This document shows, one piece after another, positions 48,460 to 58,564 of a stretch of 64,000 nucleotides of DNA (position 1 is its first letter; every line of letters starts with the position of its first letter). The notes beneath the pieces are model-generated. The model saw nothing but the letters and a program-made list of their open reading frames with translations, was not told the origin of the DNA and ran no database searches. The stretch is from Myxococcota bacterium. Its GTDB lineage: Bacteria > Myxococcota_A > Polyangia > Polyangiales > Sandaracinaceae. Location: assembly GCA_036149055.1 (NCBI GenBank), contig JAYZQJ010000253.1, positions 1-64,000 on the forward strand, in the 5' to 3' direction. The position numbers were made by a program, and so were the translations under genes.

Positions 48460-49575
48460 CTACGGGTCGCGGAGCAGCAGGCGGCGCACGCTCTCGGTGC
48501 TGACGCCGCGGTCGGCCGCGCTGCGCACGATCCAGCCGCTCGGCGCCTCGCCGCCGCCGCCGAAGAGCAGATCGGGGCGGGCCCGGGGCGCGCTGAAGCC
48601 CTGGGGGTTGCGGCCGGTCGCGGCCCGCGCCTGGCAGTCGCTGTAGCAGTAGAGCGCCTGCGCCGGCTCCCCGCCGCTCAGGGTGTCGGGCGGGTCGCAC
48701 TCGGCGGCGGCCGCGCTCCCCTGCTCGGCGCGGATGCGCACGAAGAGATCCACCCGGCGGGCGTCGCGGCACTGCCCGCGACCGCGCTCGCCGCTCACGC
48801 TCGCCGCCGTGGGGCAGCTGCCGCGATGGTCCCTTCGCCAGTCGCGCAGCCAGTCGTCGCCGGCCCCGATCGCGGCGAGGTCGTAGCGACCGCCGACCGC
48901 GCTGGCCATGCCGCGCTGCAGCTCGCGCGCGCTGAACGCGGCCCGGCACCAGCTCAGGCGCCGGTTCCAGAGCCCCGCGCGCTCGTCGTCGCTCGGCGTC
49001 TCCTCCGGCGCGCTCCAGCGCTGCGGCTCGGGCAAGGCGAGCTCCGACTGCAGATCGGCGCACGGGTCGGCGAGGAACTCGCTCTCCGTCGAGAGGCGCT
49101 GCTGATCGACGCTGCCGAGGCTGACGATCTCGACGCCCTGGACGTGCTGGCTCATCGTGCGGCCCAGCACGTGGCGCGCGAGGATGCGCCCGATGCACTC
49201 GAAGGCCGTCGACGCCTCGGCGCCGTCGCACTGCACGCTGCCCTCGGACGGCCCGAGGTAGTGGCCCGAGCGGAAGGTCGCGTCCGATCCACACCAGACG
49301 TGCCAGACCAGCGGGTCGTCATCGACGATCGCGATCTGGCAGAGATCGACCAGCGCGTCGGCGACCTCGTCCACCGCCTGGAACGCGGCGCTCACCGCGC
49401 GCGGGCTGAGCCCGGCGATGCACTGCCGCTCGGCGCGCCGGATGGTCTCGACGTCGCCGTCGTCGGTGCGGCCCCAGCGCGTCGGGCTCAGGCGCGCCGC
49501 GGACCGGGACTCCGGCGCCGGGTAGGTGGCGCGGCAGCCGGTCACGGCGAGGACCAGCAGGAGGGCCCAGCGCAT
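48460..49575 (-). CDS. Cys-rich lipoprotein with degenerate OmpA-C-like motifs
   Basis: TGATG overlap with the upstream gene, lipobox VTG-C, motifs LGSVD, NRRLSWCRA, RRVDLFV. Confidence 0.65.
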   Translation of the reverse strand: MRWALLLVLAVTGCRATYPAPESRSAARLSPTRWGRTDDGDVETIRRAERQCIAGLSPRAVSAAFQAVDEVADALVDLCQIAIVDDDPLVWHVWCGSDATFRSGHYLGPSEGSVQCDGAEASTAFECIGRILARHVLGRTMSQHVQGVEIVSLGSVDQQRLSTESEFLADPCADLQSELALPEPQRWSAPEETPSDDERAGLWNRRLSWCRAAFSARELQRGMASAVGGRYDLAAIGAGDDWLRDWRRDHRGSCPTAASVSGERGRGQCRDARRVDLFVRIRAEQGSAAAAECDPPDTLSGGEPAQALYCYSDCQARAATGRNPQGFSAPRARPDLLFGGGGEAPSGWIVRSAADRGVSTESVRRLLLRDP

Positions 49576-51929
49576 CAGCGGCCCCCCGCCAGGTCGACCA
49601 GCGACGCCAGGTTCAGGCCGACGAAGAAGCTCACGATCGGGTTGTCGACCGAGCTCGTCTCGGCCGCGCCGTGCAGCATGCCGCCGACCGAGAGCAGCCG
49701 GGGCAGGTGCTCCGGGATGCCGAGCTGGAGCGCCCAGGTCAACGCCACGCCGACGCGGGACAGCTCCGCCGGGTCGAAGGCGGCCGCCATCGTCAGCATG
49801 CCGCTCACCTCGATCGAGACGAAGCGGATGCCCGGCGAGAAGCGGAACCAGGCGAGCGGGAGGCCGAGGCCGAGGGCGACCGGGTCGTTGGCGAAGAAGA
49901 GCGCCTGCGCGTCCCCGAGCACCCCGACCTCGAAGCCGAGCACGTCGAGCGCGGTCTCGGCGACCAGGGCCCGGCTGGAGCGCGCGCGGAAGGACGCCCG
50001 GGCCAGGCACTCGATCGGCTCGTCGTCCCCGGCGACGCCGAGGAGGAACACGTGGAAGGTGGCGTCGACGAGGAGCGCGTCGGGATCGAAGGGCGGCCGC
50101 TCGCGCAGCTCGCCGTAGGTGGCGCCGGCCGGGCACTGCGCGTCGCGGGAGGCGTAGGCGACCACCGCGCTGTCGCGGGCCCCGGGGAAGCGACCGCTCA
50201 CCCCGCTCAGCAGCGGGACGTCCTGGGTCACCTGGACCGCGTGCGCCGGGTCCTCGTTGATCGCCGCCGCCACCGCGGGCGAGGTGGAGAGCCGGAACTC
50301 GAGCTGGTGGCGCGCCTCGACGTAGGCGAAGTGCGTGGACTCGTCGTGCGGCAGCGCCTGCCAGGGGCACTGCCCGTCGCCGCCCTCGCACTCGAGCGCG
50401 TCGGGATCGCCGCCGGTGTAGAGGCCCACGGGGTGCCACTCGCGCTGCGGGTCGACCACCGGCATGCGCAGCCGCGCCAGCCCCTGCCGGCCCGCGCAGC
50501 CCTCCCCGCCGCCCTGACGGATCTCGAGCAGCCCGGCGGGGAGCCGATAGTCGCCGTCCTCGGTCGGCTCGAGCGCCTCCCCGTCGACCGTGACGCAGAG
50601 CCCCTCGCCGCGCTCGAGCGCGACCCGGGTGCCGGCGATGCCGATGCGGTAGGGCGGCCGCTCCGACGAGCCCGGCGCCGGCAGCGTGAAGCACTCGGGC
50701 TCGCCCAGCTCCTGCCGCGCTCCGTCGCTGGTGAGCACCTGCATCCCGTGCTGGATGCAGAAGCGGGTGGGCGACGCCTCGGTCGCCGCGGTCTGCATCA
50801 GGGTCAGGCCGCCGAGGGCCGCGCACGCGCGCGGATCGGGGACGGGCCCGCCGACCGCGGCGGTGCGGGTGTCGTGGTAGCTGGGCGTGAGGCACACGGC
50901 GAGCTCGCCGAAGACCGCCTCCCAGTCGCTCGCGGTCGGGACGAGCGCGTCGCCCTCCTCGCCGTAGCGCGCGCGCATCCGGTCGCGGATCGCGGTGTCC
51001 GGCAGGCGGATCGCGGCCGGCTGCCCGGCCTCGCCCTGCCCCGCCTCGAGCTGAACGGTCCCGAGCACCACCGGCGGCGCGTCGGTCTCCTGGCGGGCGA
51101 TCCACAGGAGGCCGGCCTCGGCCGCCGTGCGGAGCTCGGGCCAGAGGAGCTCGCTCGAGAGCGCGTGCTCGGTCGGGGCGAGCAGGAGCCCCGGGCCGCG
51201 CGGATCCCACCGGGCCGCGAGCAGGGCCGGCTGCGCGACCGGGGAGCGGGCCTCGAGGCCGACGCTGCGCAGGTGGTTCTGCAGCGGCGTCACCACGCGC
51301 TGGGTGCGGAAGACGCCGATCCGGAGCGCCACCTCGCCGCCGGGCCGGGCCGCGTAGAGGCTCCAGTCACCCTGCGGCAGCGAGAGGCTGCGCTGGCCCG
51401 CGCCGAGGGTCGCCTCCGCCGCGCCCGCCCAGAGCCGCTCGGACCGCGCGCCCTGCACCGCGCGGAGCTCGACCGCCGCTCCGTCGCAGCCGTCGTCCGC
51501 CACCCGCTCGATGCGCAGGCTCCCCGAGCCGGCCTCGGGCACGGCGCGGAAGGCGAGCTGCTCCTCGAGGAGGTAGTGCGCGCAGTAGCGCAGCATCAGC
51601 GTGTGCTGCGTCGGGTCGGCGCGGCGGCCGGTGCGTCGGGCGTAGACGACGCGCGGATCGCCGCTGACGCTCACGCCGGGGCGCCGGGCGAGCCGCTGGT
51701 AGACGGTCGCGAAGTCGAGCTCTCCGGTGAGCGCGGCGTAGGGGCCGTCGGCGTCGAGCGCGTACTCGCAGCCGCTCGAGAGGGTGACCCGGTCGTCGAG
51801 CGACACGAGCTGCTGCGCGCGCGCCTCCGTCCGGCCGGCGACCTCGAAGCAGGTGGCGTCCTGCGCGGAGGCGGCCGAGGTCACGAGGAGGAGCAGCGAA
51901 GCGAGACCGATCGAGCGCGAATGGTTCAT
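49575..51929 (-). CDS. Large secreted hypothetical protein with possible C-terminal beta-barrel segment
   Basis: Signal peptide ending AASA-Q, scattered Cys pairs and amphipathic beta strands near the C-terminus (SFFVGLNL). Confidence 0.7.
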   Translation of the reverse strand: MNHSRSIGLASLLLLVTSAASAQDATCFEVAGRTEARAQQLVSLDDRVTLSSGCEYALDADGPYAALTGELDFATVYQRLARRPGVSVSGDPRVVYARRTGRRADPTQHTLMLRYCAHYLLEEQLAFRAVPEAGSGSLRIERVADDGCDGAAVELRAVQGARSERLWAGAAEATLGAGQRSLSLPQGDWSLYAARPGGEVALRIGVFRTQRVVTPLQNHLRSVGLEARSPVAQPALLAARWDPRGPGLLLAPTEHALSSELLWPELRTAAEAGLLWIARQETDAPPVVLGTVQLEAGQGEAGQPAAIRLPDTAIRDRMRARYGEEGDALVPTASDWEAVFGELAVCLTPSYHDTRTAAVGGPVPDPRACAALGGLTLMQTAATEASPTRFCIQHGMQVLTSDGARQELGEPECFTLPAPGSSERPPYRIGIAGTRVALERGEGLCVTVDGEALEPTEDGDYRLPAGLLEIRQGGGEGCAGRQGLARLRMPVVDPQREWHPVGLYTGGDPDALECEGGDGQCPWQALPHDESTHFAYVEARHQLEFRLSTSPAVAAAINEDPAHAVQVTQDVPLLSGVSGRFPGARDSAVVAYASRDAQCPAGATYGELRERPPFDPDALLVDATFHVFLLGVAGDDEPIECLARASFRARSSRALVAETALDVLGFEVGVLGDAQALFFANDPVALGLGLPLAWFRFSPGIRFVSIEVSGMLTMAAAFDPAELSRVGVALTWALQLGIPEHLPRLLSVGGMLHGAAETSSVDNPIVSFFVGLNLASLVDLAGGR

Positions 51930-51957
51930 GGGCGCGTTATCTTCGCCCCCTCGGACC

Positions 51958-52566
51958 GTGAATCAACCCGGAACGCACATCGAGCGCGGCGCGACGTCGG
52001 ACGCGGAGGCGATCGCGGAGACCCTCCTCGCCGCGCTGGACACCGATCCGTTCGTGCGCTGGCTGGCCCGACCGACCCCGCGCGCCCGGGAGGCCTACGT
52101 CGCGCTGATGCTCGAGGGCCTCGCCCTGCCCCGCGGCCAGGTCTGGCTGGCGCGTGACGGCGACGCGATCGTCGGGGCCTCGCTCTGGGCGCCGCCCCAC
52201 ACCTTCGCGCTCGGGCTCGGCGACACCTTCCGGCTCCTGCCCCGCATGCTCGAGGTCGTCGGCTTCCGGCGGCTGAGCGCGGTCGGCAAGGTGCTCGACG
52301 CGATCGAGCGAGACCGTCCGCCGGAGCCCCGCTGGCTGCTGACCCTCGTCGGCGTCGTGCCCGAGAGGCGCGGCCGCGGGATCGGCGCGGCGCTGCTCGA
52401 GCCCGGGATCCGTCAGGCCGACTCGGAGGGCGCGGCGGTGGCGCTCGAGACCGCGGATCGGCGGAACCTGTCCTTCTACGAGCGGGCGGGCTTCGCGGTC
52501 ACCGCGTCGCGATCGCTCGCGCCCGGCGGGCCGGAGAGCTTCACCCTCGTGCGTCCGCCGTCTTGA
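51958..52566 (+). CDS. GNAT-family N-acetyltransferase
   Basis: Motif A VGVVPERRGRGIGAALL, plus LET and NLSFYERAGF. Confidence 0.88.
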   Translation: MNQPGTHIERGATSDAEAIAETLLAALDTDPFVRWLARPTPRAREAYVALMLEGLALPRGQVWLARDGDAIVGASLWAPPHTFALGLGDTFRLLPRMLEVVGFRRLSAVGKVLDAIERDRPPEPRWLLTLVGVVPERRGRGIGAALLEPGIRQADSEGAAVALETADRRNLSFYERAGFAVTASRSLAPGGPESFTLVRPPS

Positions 52567-52604
52567 TGCACGGGCGTCACGAAGCTGCGCTACGCTCCGC
52601 GGCC

Positions 52605-54266
52605 GTGAGCCAGCACGATGACGATTCGCAGCGCCCGGGGCGCCGAGACTTCCTCCGCGGCGTGGCCGCCGCCGGCTTCGCCGCCGCCCTCCCCGGCTGC
52701 GACGGCGAGGAGCCGATGGACGCGGACGCCGGCCCGGGCGACTCGGGGGTCGTGGACCCGCCGGACGCGGGGCCGCCGCCGGGCCCCATCCCGCCGCGGG
52801 AGCGCAGCTACGCGGTCTTCGAGCACGGCGTCGCGAGCGGCGACCCGCGCCCCGACTCCGTGATCCTCTGGACGCGGGTGACCCCCGGCATGCCGGGCGA
52901 CCCGGACCCGGGCGCGATCGACGTGACCCTCGAGATCGCGAGCGACAGCGCCTTCGGCGCGATCGTCTCGACCGAGAGCGCGAGCACCGACGCCTCCCGC
53001 GACTTCACCGTCAAGGTGGACGCGGCCGGCCTCGAGGCGGCGACGACCTACTACTACCGCTTCACCGCGCTCGGCGAGACCTCCCCGGTGGGGCGCACGC
53101 GGACCGCTCCGTCCGGCGCGGCGGACCGCCTCCGCCTCGCGGTCTGCTCGTGCTCCAGCCTCGGGCACGGCTTCTTGCACGGCTACGGCAAGATCGCGGC
53201 CCGGGCCGACCTCGACGCGGTCATCCACCTCGGCGACTACATCTACGAGTACGGGAACCTGCAGTACGGGAACCTGCGCGAGTACGAGCCCTCCACCGAG
53301 ATCGTCGCGCTCGACGACTACCGCGCCCGCTTCTCGCAGTACCGCCGCGAGCCCGAGCTGGCCGAGGCCCACCGGCAGCACCCGTTCATCGTCATCTGGG
53401 ACGACCACGAGACGGCCAACAACTCCTGGCGTGGCGGCGCGCAGAACCACGACGCGAGCGAGGGCAGCTGGAGCGACCGGCTGGCCGCGGCCACCCAGGC
53501 CTACCGCGAGTGGATGCCGATCCGCGACGAGGGCGAGCCCGGACAGCTCTGGCGCCGCCTCGGCTACGGAGACCTCCTCGACCTGGTGATGGTCGACACG
53601 CGCATCTGGGGCCGCGACGAGGAGCTCGAGGGGCTCGACTCGCCCGGCATCGACGACCCCGCGCGGCAGCTCCTCGGCGCCGATCAGGAGGCCTGGCTGA
53701 TCGAGCAGCTCGGCACCTCGACCGCGCGCTGGAAGCTCATCGGCAACCAGGTGATGCTCGCCCCGATCACCGGCTTCGCGAACCCCGACCAGTGGGACGG
53801 CTACCCGGCGGCGCGCGAGCGCCTGCTCGGCGCGATCCGTGACGGCGGGGTCGACGACGTCGTCGTGCTCACCGGCGACATCCACTCCTCGTGGGCCTTC
53901 GATCTCCCGCTCGACGTGAGCGCCTACGACCCGGACACCGGCGACGGCTCGTTCGGGGTCGAGCTGGTCGCGCCCGCGATCAGCTCGCCGGGCTTCCCCG
54001 ACATCGGCGCCGATCGCGTGGCCATGAGCCTCATGGACCAGAACCCGCACCTCACCTGGGCGCAGATCACCCGCCGCGGCTACGTGGTGCTGGACCTGGA
54101 CGACGCCCGGATGCAGGCCGAGTGGTACTTCACCGGCGACGTCGAGGACGAGACCGACACGAGCGAGATGTTCGGCAAGGGGGTCTCCACCGCGAGCGGC
54201 GCGAGCCACCTGGTCGACGCGCCGGTCCCCGCCGATCCGCCGGCGGCCCCCCCGCTCGCGCCCTGA
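52605..54266 (+). CDS. phoD: Alkaline phosphatase D family (Tat lipoprotein)
   Basis: Twin-arginine RRDFL, LPG-C, and motifs FEHGVASGDP, HLGDYIYE, WDDHE, DQWDGY, TGDIHSSW. Confidence 0.92.
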   Translation: MSQHDDDSQRPGRRDFLRGVAAAGFAAALPGCDGEEPMDADAGPGDSGVVDPPDAGPPPGPIPPRERSYAVFEHGVASGDPRPDSVILWTRVTPGMPGDPDPGAIDVTLEIASDSAFGAIVSTESASTDASRDFTVKVDAAGLEAATTYYYRFTALGETSPVGRTRTAPSGAADRLRLAVCSCSSLGHGFLHGYGKIAARADLDAVIHLGDYIYEYGNLQYGNLREYEPSTEIVALDDYRARFSQYRREPELAEAHRQHPFIVIWDDHETANNSWRGGAQNHDASEGSWSDRLAAATQAYREWMPIRDEGEPGQLWRRLGYGDLLDLVMVDTRIWGRDEELEGLDSPGIDDPARQLLGADQEAWLIEQLGTSTARWKLIGNQVMLAPITGFANPDQWDGYPAARERLLGAIRDGGVDDVVVLTGDIHSSWAFDLPLDVSAYDPDTGDGSFGVELVAPAISSPGFPDIGADRVAMSLMDQNPHLTWAQITRRGYVVLDLDDARMQAEWYFTGDVEDETDTSEMFGKGVSTASGASHLVDAPVPADPPAAPPLAP

Positions 54267-54269
54267 GCC

Positions 54270-55283
54270 CTACCTGGCCGCCGCGCCGCCGACCCGGAGC
54301 CCCTCGAGGTCGGCGATCGCCTCGCCGGCCCCCGTCTCGGGGTCGATGCGGAGGAGCGCGCCCTCGCAGGTGAAGCCGTAGAGGGTCGTGCCGAAGGCGG
54401 CGAGCCCCCAGACGCACGAGAAGCCGATGGGGCCGATGTCGATCGGGTCCCGCCCGTCGAGCGGGATCTCCATCAGCAGGTCGCCGTCGGCGCCTCCGGT
54501 CGCGCTGATCAGCATCCGGTCCCCGATGAACGCGATGTCTCCGCTCGCGCCGCGCCCGCGCGGGAGCGAGACGACCTCGACGAGGCGGCCGCTGGCCAGG
54601 TCCGCCCGGCTGATGGTGCGCTCGCCGCCGACGTAGATCTCGCCGTCGGGGCCGACCTCGAGGGCGACGGTGCGCTCGGTGCTGGAGAGGAGCCTCGCGA
54701 TCGTGCCGCTGCGCTCGTGCACCGTGAACAGCCCGGTCGAGGTGGTGCCGTAGACCACGCCGTCGTTCCCGAGCGCGATGTCGGTCAGGACGGCGCGCAT
54801 CCGGACCAGGAAGTGGAGCCGGCCGCTCGGCAGGTCGACCTCCCAGAGGGCGTCGTTCACGTGGACGAGCGCGCGCGGCTCGCAGCCGGTCCGCGCGTCG
54901 CACCGGTGGCTGAGCGGGCAGAAGCGGGCGTCGGGCACGAACTCGCAGCTCCGGCTCGCCTCGTCGCACACGTCCTCGGTGCACTCGAGCGCGTCGGCGC
55001 AGGCGGGCCGCTCGAACACGCAGCCGGCCGCGGGATCGCAGCGACCGGGCCCCGTGCACCAGAGGCCGTCGTCGCAGGCCGCGTCCTCCGCCTCCCGGAG
55101 ACATCGGCCCGCCGCGCAGCGGTCGCGGGTGCAGGCCACGCCGTCGTCGCAGTCGGCGTCGCGCAGGCACTCGGGGCTCCCGGCGTCGACGGGATCGACC
55201 GGCGGCGCCTCCTCGCCCAGGTCGAGGGTGCCGGTCCGGGCCCCGCAGCCGACGAGGAGGACGATGCAGACGAGCGCGCGCAC
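54270..55283 (-). CDS. Lipoprotein with Cys-rich repeats and beta-propeller-like C-terminus
   Basis: Lipobox LVG-C, CDDGxxCT-type repeats, blade-like motifs TDIA, SGDIAF, WGLA. Confidence 0.75.
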   Translation of the reverse strand: MRALVCIVLLVGCGARTGTLDLGEEAPPVDPVDAGSPECLRDADCDDGVACTRDRCAAGRCLREAEDAACDDGLWCTGPGRCDPAAGCVFERPACADALECTEDVCDEASRSCEFVPDARFCPLSHRCDARTGCEPRALVHVNDALWEVDLPSGRLHFLVRMRAVLTDIALGNDGVVYGTTSTGLFTVHERSGTIARLLSSTERTVALEVGPDGEIYVGGERTISRADLASGRLVEVVSLPRGRGASGDIAFIGDRMLISATGGADGDLLMEIPLDGRDPIDIGPIGFSCVWGLAAFGTTLYGFTCEGALLRIDPETGAGEAIADLEGLRVGGAAAR

Positions 55284-55329
55284 GACCCTCCGTGTGACAC
55301 GAGCGCGCCATCCGAGCTATCCCACGCCG

Positions 55330-55806
55330 ATGGCCGAGCCCCGTCCCCAGTACATGACCCCCGCGGGCCACACCGCGCTCATCGAGGAGCTCGCGACGCT
55401 CGGGCAGGAGCGCACCCGCGTCGTCCAGGGCGTCGCCGACGCCGCCGCCGAGGGCGACCGGTCCGAGAACGCCGAGTACATCTACGGCAAGAAACGCCTG
55501 CGCGAGATCGACAAGAAGATGCGCTTCCTCAAGAAGGCGCTCGACGCGGCCGTGGTGGTCGACCCGTCCGAGGACCGCGGCGACCGGGTGTTCTTCGGGG
55601 CCACGGTGGTGCTCGAGGACGACGACGGCGGCGAGGTCACCTATCAGCTCGTCGGCGAGCACGAGACCGACGCGAAGCGCGGGCGGATCTCCTATCGCTC
55701 GCCGGTGGGCGCGGCGCTCATGCGCAAGAACCTCGACGACGAGGTCCGGGTGAAGACGCCCGGCGGCGTGCGGACGCTGACCATCGTCGACGTCCGCTAC
55801 GAATGA
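55330..55806 (+). CDS. greB: Transcription elongation factor GreB
   Basis: Motifs AAAEGDRSENAEYIYGKKRLREID, VFFGATV, ISYRSPVG. Confidence 0.9.
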   Translation: MAEPRPQYMTPAGHTALIEELATLGQERTRVVQGVADAAAEGDRSENAEYIYGKKRLREIDKKMRFLKKALDAAVVVDPSEDRGDRVFFGATVVLEDDDGGEVTYQLVGEHETDAKRGRISYRSPVGAALMRKNLDDEVRVKTPGGVRTLTIVDVRYE

Positions 55807-57882
55807 TCACGGCGTCGGGCAGGGCGTGCCCTCGGGGGCCGGCGCCGGCACGACCCCGGTGCCCGTCTCGATCGCGGTCGCGAGGAAGCAGGTCCACTGG
55901 TAGCGAATCTCCGGCACCTGCACGTAGATCGAGTGCGGGTCGCTGAAGCCGTCGCCGGCCGACTGCACGACCACGCCCGTGTAGGGGGTGCCGTCCTCGG
56001 CGGTCAGGTTGTTGGCCACCGGGTAGTCGATGACCCCGTCGAGGTCGACCACCGACAGCGCGTCCTGCATCGACGACCACACCACGTCGCCCGCCTGCGG
56101 GTGGCCGTAGGCGACGACGATCGCGTCGTAGAGCTGCACCGGGAAGAAGGAGTCGCCCTGCCCCACCGGCTCGTACACCGGCCGCGTCGGCAGCCCCGGG
56201 AGCGGCCGCTGCGAGAGCCGCGGCATGTAGACCATCGGCTCCGCCGCCTCCCACGCGATCTCGAGCAGATGCATCGCCGGGTGCAGGTGGCTGAGCAGCT
56301 CACCGCGGGTCCGCAGCAGCGCCCCGACGCCGTCGCGCGCCGCCTCGATCAGCGTGGTCTCGAGGATGAAAAAGCTCCAGAAGCCGCCGGCCCCGGTGGG
56401 GACGAGGGCCCGGAAGCGAGGCTCCACCGCCCCGATCATGTTCGTGTACATGCCGCCCATGGACTGGCCGGTGGCCACGAACGCGTCCGGGTCGAAGCGG
56501 TAGTGGGTCTCTCCGGGCGGGAGCGAGGGCCCGTCGCAGCCCTCGAGCAGCGCGGGATCGATCTCGATCGTCTCGAGCGCCCGGACCAGCAGCCGCTGCT
56601 CGAGTACGCCCTGCCGGAAGGTGTCGCGGAAGGCGGCGAGGTTGTCGAAGTTGAGGTACTCGATGCTGCTCGCGCCCGGCAGCCGATCGGGGCTGAGCGG
56701 CAGGGCCGCGCCCACGCTGGCGATCCCGTGCTCGGCGATCATGTGCGCGGGCCCGAGCCCGACCGCCTCGGCGCCGCCCGGGGGGCGCGGCCCGCGATCG
56801 ACCACCTGCGCGGCGACGCCGCCGCTGCCGTGGAAGTAGACCATCAGCGGGTAGCCGCCCTCGGGCATCGGGCCCTTGGGGATGGTGATCACGACGCGGG
56901 TGTCCTCGCGCCGCTGCTCGATCGGCAGGCCGTCGTCGCCGATCTCGAAGAGGCCCTCTTCGTCGAAGGGCGGCGTGCCGCGCTGGAACTGCGGCTGGGA
57001 GACGTTGCCGACGAGCTCGCAGTAGCGCTCGTGAGTGGCCCCGTCGCCCGGGTCGAGCGCGAGCCCATCGACGGTCACGGTGTGCGCGTCGAGGACCGCC
57101 TCGCTGAGCGCGCGCAGCCGCGCGACGACGTCCCCGGTGGTGAAGACCGTCGCCGCCGCCACCTCGTCGCGAGGCACGCCGAGGTCGTCGAGCGTCTCGA
57201 ACATCGGCGCGTAGAGCGCCGCCGCCGCCTCGCCCCACGCGCCGCTCGGCGTCTCCCCGGCCGCGAGCTGGGTGAGCGCCTCCGGCACCTCGAGGGGCGC
57301 GCCCTCGGCGTCGTTCGCGGAGCGACGGATCACGAACGCGAAGGTGCGATCGGGGGGCAGCACGACGCCCGGGAACGCGGCCACCCCGAGCAGGTTCTCG
57401 CCGGTGTAGCGGTCGACGGGCAACGTCTCGGCGATGGTCGGGAAGAGCCGCCCCCGCTCCGGCGAGTCCGGGTCGACGTCGACGAGGAGCACCGCGCTCT
57501 CGGGCGCCGCCGGGAAGTGATCGCCGGGCGCGCGGGGCGCGAGGGGGGCGCCGAAGCGGAAGAGCCCCACCGGGATCGTCGGCCAGCCCGGGCGGTCCTG
57601 CGCGATGGGCAGCAGGTTGTCGACGATGGCCACCCGAGGGTTCGGGTAGCCGGTCAGGTCCGGCGTCCCGTCCTCCGCGAGGCGAAGGTCCGAGGGGAAC
57701 GGGAACTCGAAGAAGGTCTCCTGGGTGTTCACGTCCCCCTCGAGCGAGAAGCGGACCGCCGAGGAGGCCGGCTCCAGGCCGCCATCGGGGCCGGCGTCGA
57801 CCGCGCCGTCGAGGGGTTCGGCGCCGTCGTCGCAGCCGAGCAGCGAGAGCGCGAGGATGGAGGCGAGGAAAGCGTGCCGCAT
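55807..57882 (-). CDS. Lipoprotein with Ig-like N-terminal region and alpha/beta-hydrolase-like domain
   Basis: Lipobox LLG-C, FPFPSDLR, YFHGSGG, nucleophile elbow GQSMGG and a late DPH. Confidence 0.75.
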   Translation of the reverse strand: MRHAFLASILALSLLGCDDGAEPLDGAVDAGPDGGLEPASSAVRFSLEGDVNTQETFFEFPFPSDLRLAEDGTPDLTGYPNPRVAIVDNLLPIAQDRPGWPTIPVGLFRFGAPLAPRAPGDHFPAAPESAVLLVDVDPDSPERGRLFPTIAETLPVDRYTGENLLGVAAFPGVVLPPDRTFAFVIRRSANDAEGAPLEVPEALTQLAAGETPSGAWGEAAAALYAPMFETLDDLGVPRDEVAAATVFTTGDVVARLRALSEAVLDAHTVTVDGLALDPGDGATHERYCELVGNVSQPQFQRGTPPFDEEGLFEIGDDGLPIEQRREDTRVVITIPKGPMPEGGYPLMVYFHGSGGVAAQVVDRGPRPPGGAEAVGLGPAHMIAEHGIASVGAALPLSPDRLPGASSIEYLNFDNLAAFRDTFRQGVLEQRLLVRALETIEIDPALLEGCDGPSLPPGETHYRFDPDAFVATGQSMGGMYTNMIGAVEPRFRALVPTGAGGFWSFFILETTLIEAARDGVGALLRTRGELLSHLHPAMHLLEIAWEAAEPMVYMPRLSQRPLPGLPTRPVYEPVGQGDSFFPVQLYDAIVVAYGHPQAGDVVWSSMQDALSVVDLDGVIDYPVANNLTAEDGTPYTGVVVQSAGDGFSDPHSIYVQVPEIRYQWTCFLATAIETGTGVVPAPAPEGTPCPTP

Positions 57883-57922
57883 CGCGGCGGAGCATAGCCT
57901 CCGCGTGATAGGGTTTGCAGGG

Positions 57923-58564
57923 ATGCGCGCGAAGAGTCTGCTTCTCTTGCTCACCGTGACCTCGTCGTCGGCCCTCGGTTGCTCGCTCGTCTTCGACGGC
58001 GGCCGCCACGTCGGCGACGGCGGCGCAATGGACGCGAGCGCGCCCGAGGACGCCCGCCCCGGATCGGACGGCGGCGAGCCGGCGTGCGTGGACCACGAGG
58101 ACTGCCTGATCTCGCCGGCCGGAGAGGAAGGCCGCATCGTCTGTCGCCCCAGCCCGGGCGGCGGCTTCTGCGCCTCGGAGTGCCGCGCCCAGGAGGAGTG
58201 CAACGGCGTGGCCGGCACCGGCGAGCACCCGTTCGGCACGGTCTGCGTGCGCGGCCAGTGCGGCTGCAATGGAGACGTGGACTGCACCGACCCGACCTTC
58301 TCCCGCTGCGTCGTCGACCTCGGCGTGTGCGGCGAGTGCGTCGGCAGCGCCGACTGCGATCCGCTCCGCACCATGCGCTTCTGCGTGTTCGGGCTCTGCG
58401 AGATGACCGAGCCGTGCGACTCGCCGATGGACTGCCCGCCGGAGCTCCCCAATTGCGTCGGGCCCCCGGACCGGCAGCGACGCTGCGCCCCGCCGTGCAC
58501 GGAGAGCGAGCCCTGCCCTCCGACGCAGACCTGCGGCAGCGACGGCGTCTGCCGCGCGAGCTGA
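57923..58564 (+). CDS. Cys-rich lipoprotein (short paralog of 29617..31332)
   Basis: Lipobox ALG-C followed by SLVFDGGRHV and CxxxxDC modules. Confidence 0.75.
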   Translation: MRAKSLLLLLTVTSSSALGCSLVFDGGRHVGDGGAMDASAPEDARPGSDGGEPACVDHEDCLISPAGEEGRIVCRPSPGGGFCASECRAQEECNGVAGTGEHPFGTVCVRGQCGCNGDVDCTDPTFSRCVVDLGVCGECVGSADCDPLRTMRFCVFGLCEMTEPCDSPMDCPPELPNCVGPPDRQRRCAPPCTESEPCPPTQTCGSDGVCRAS

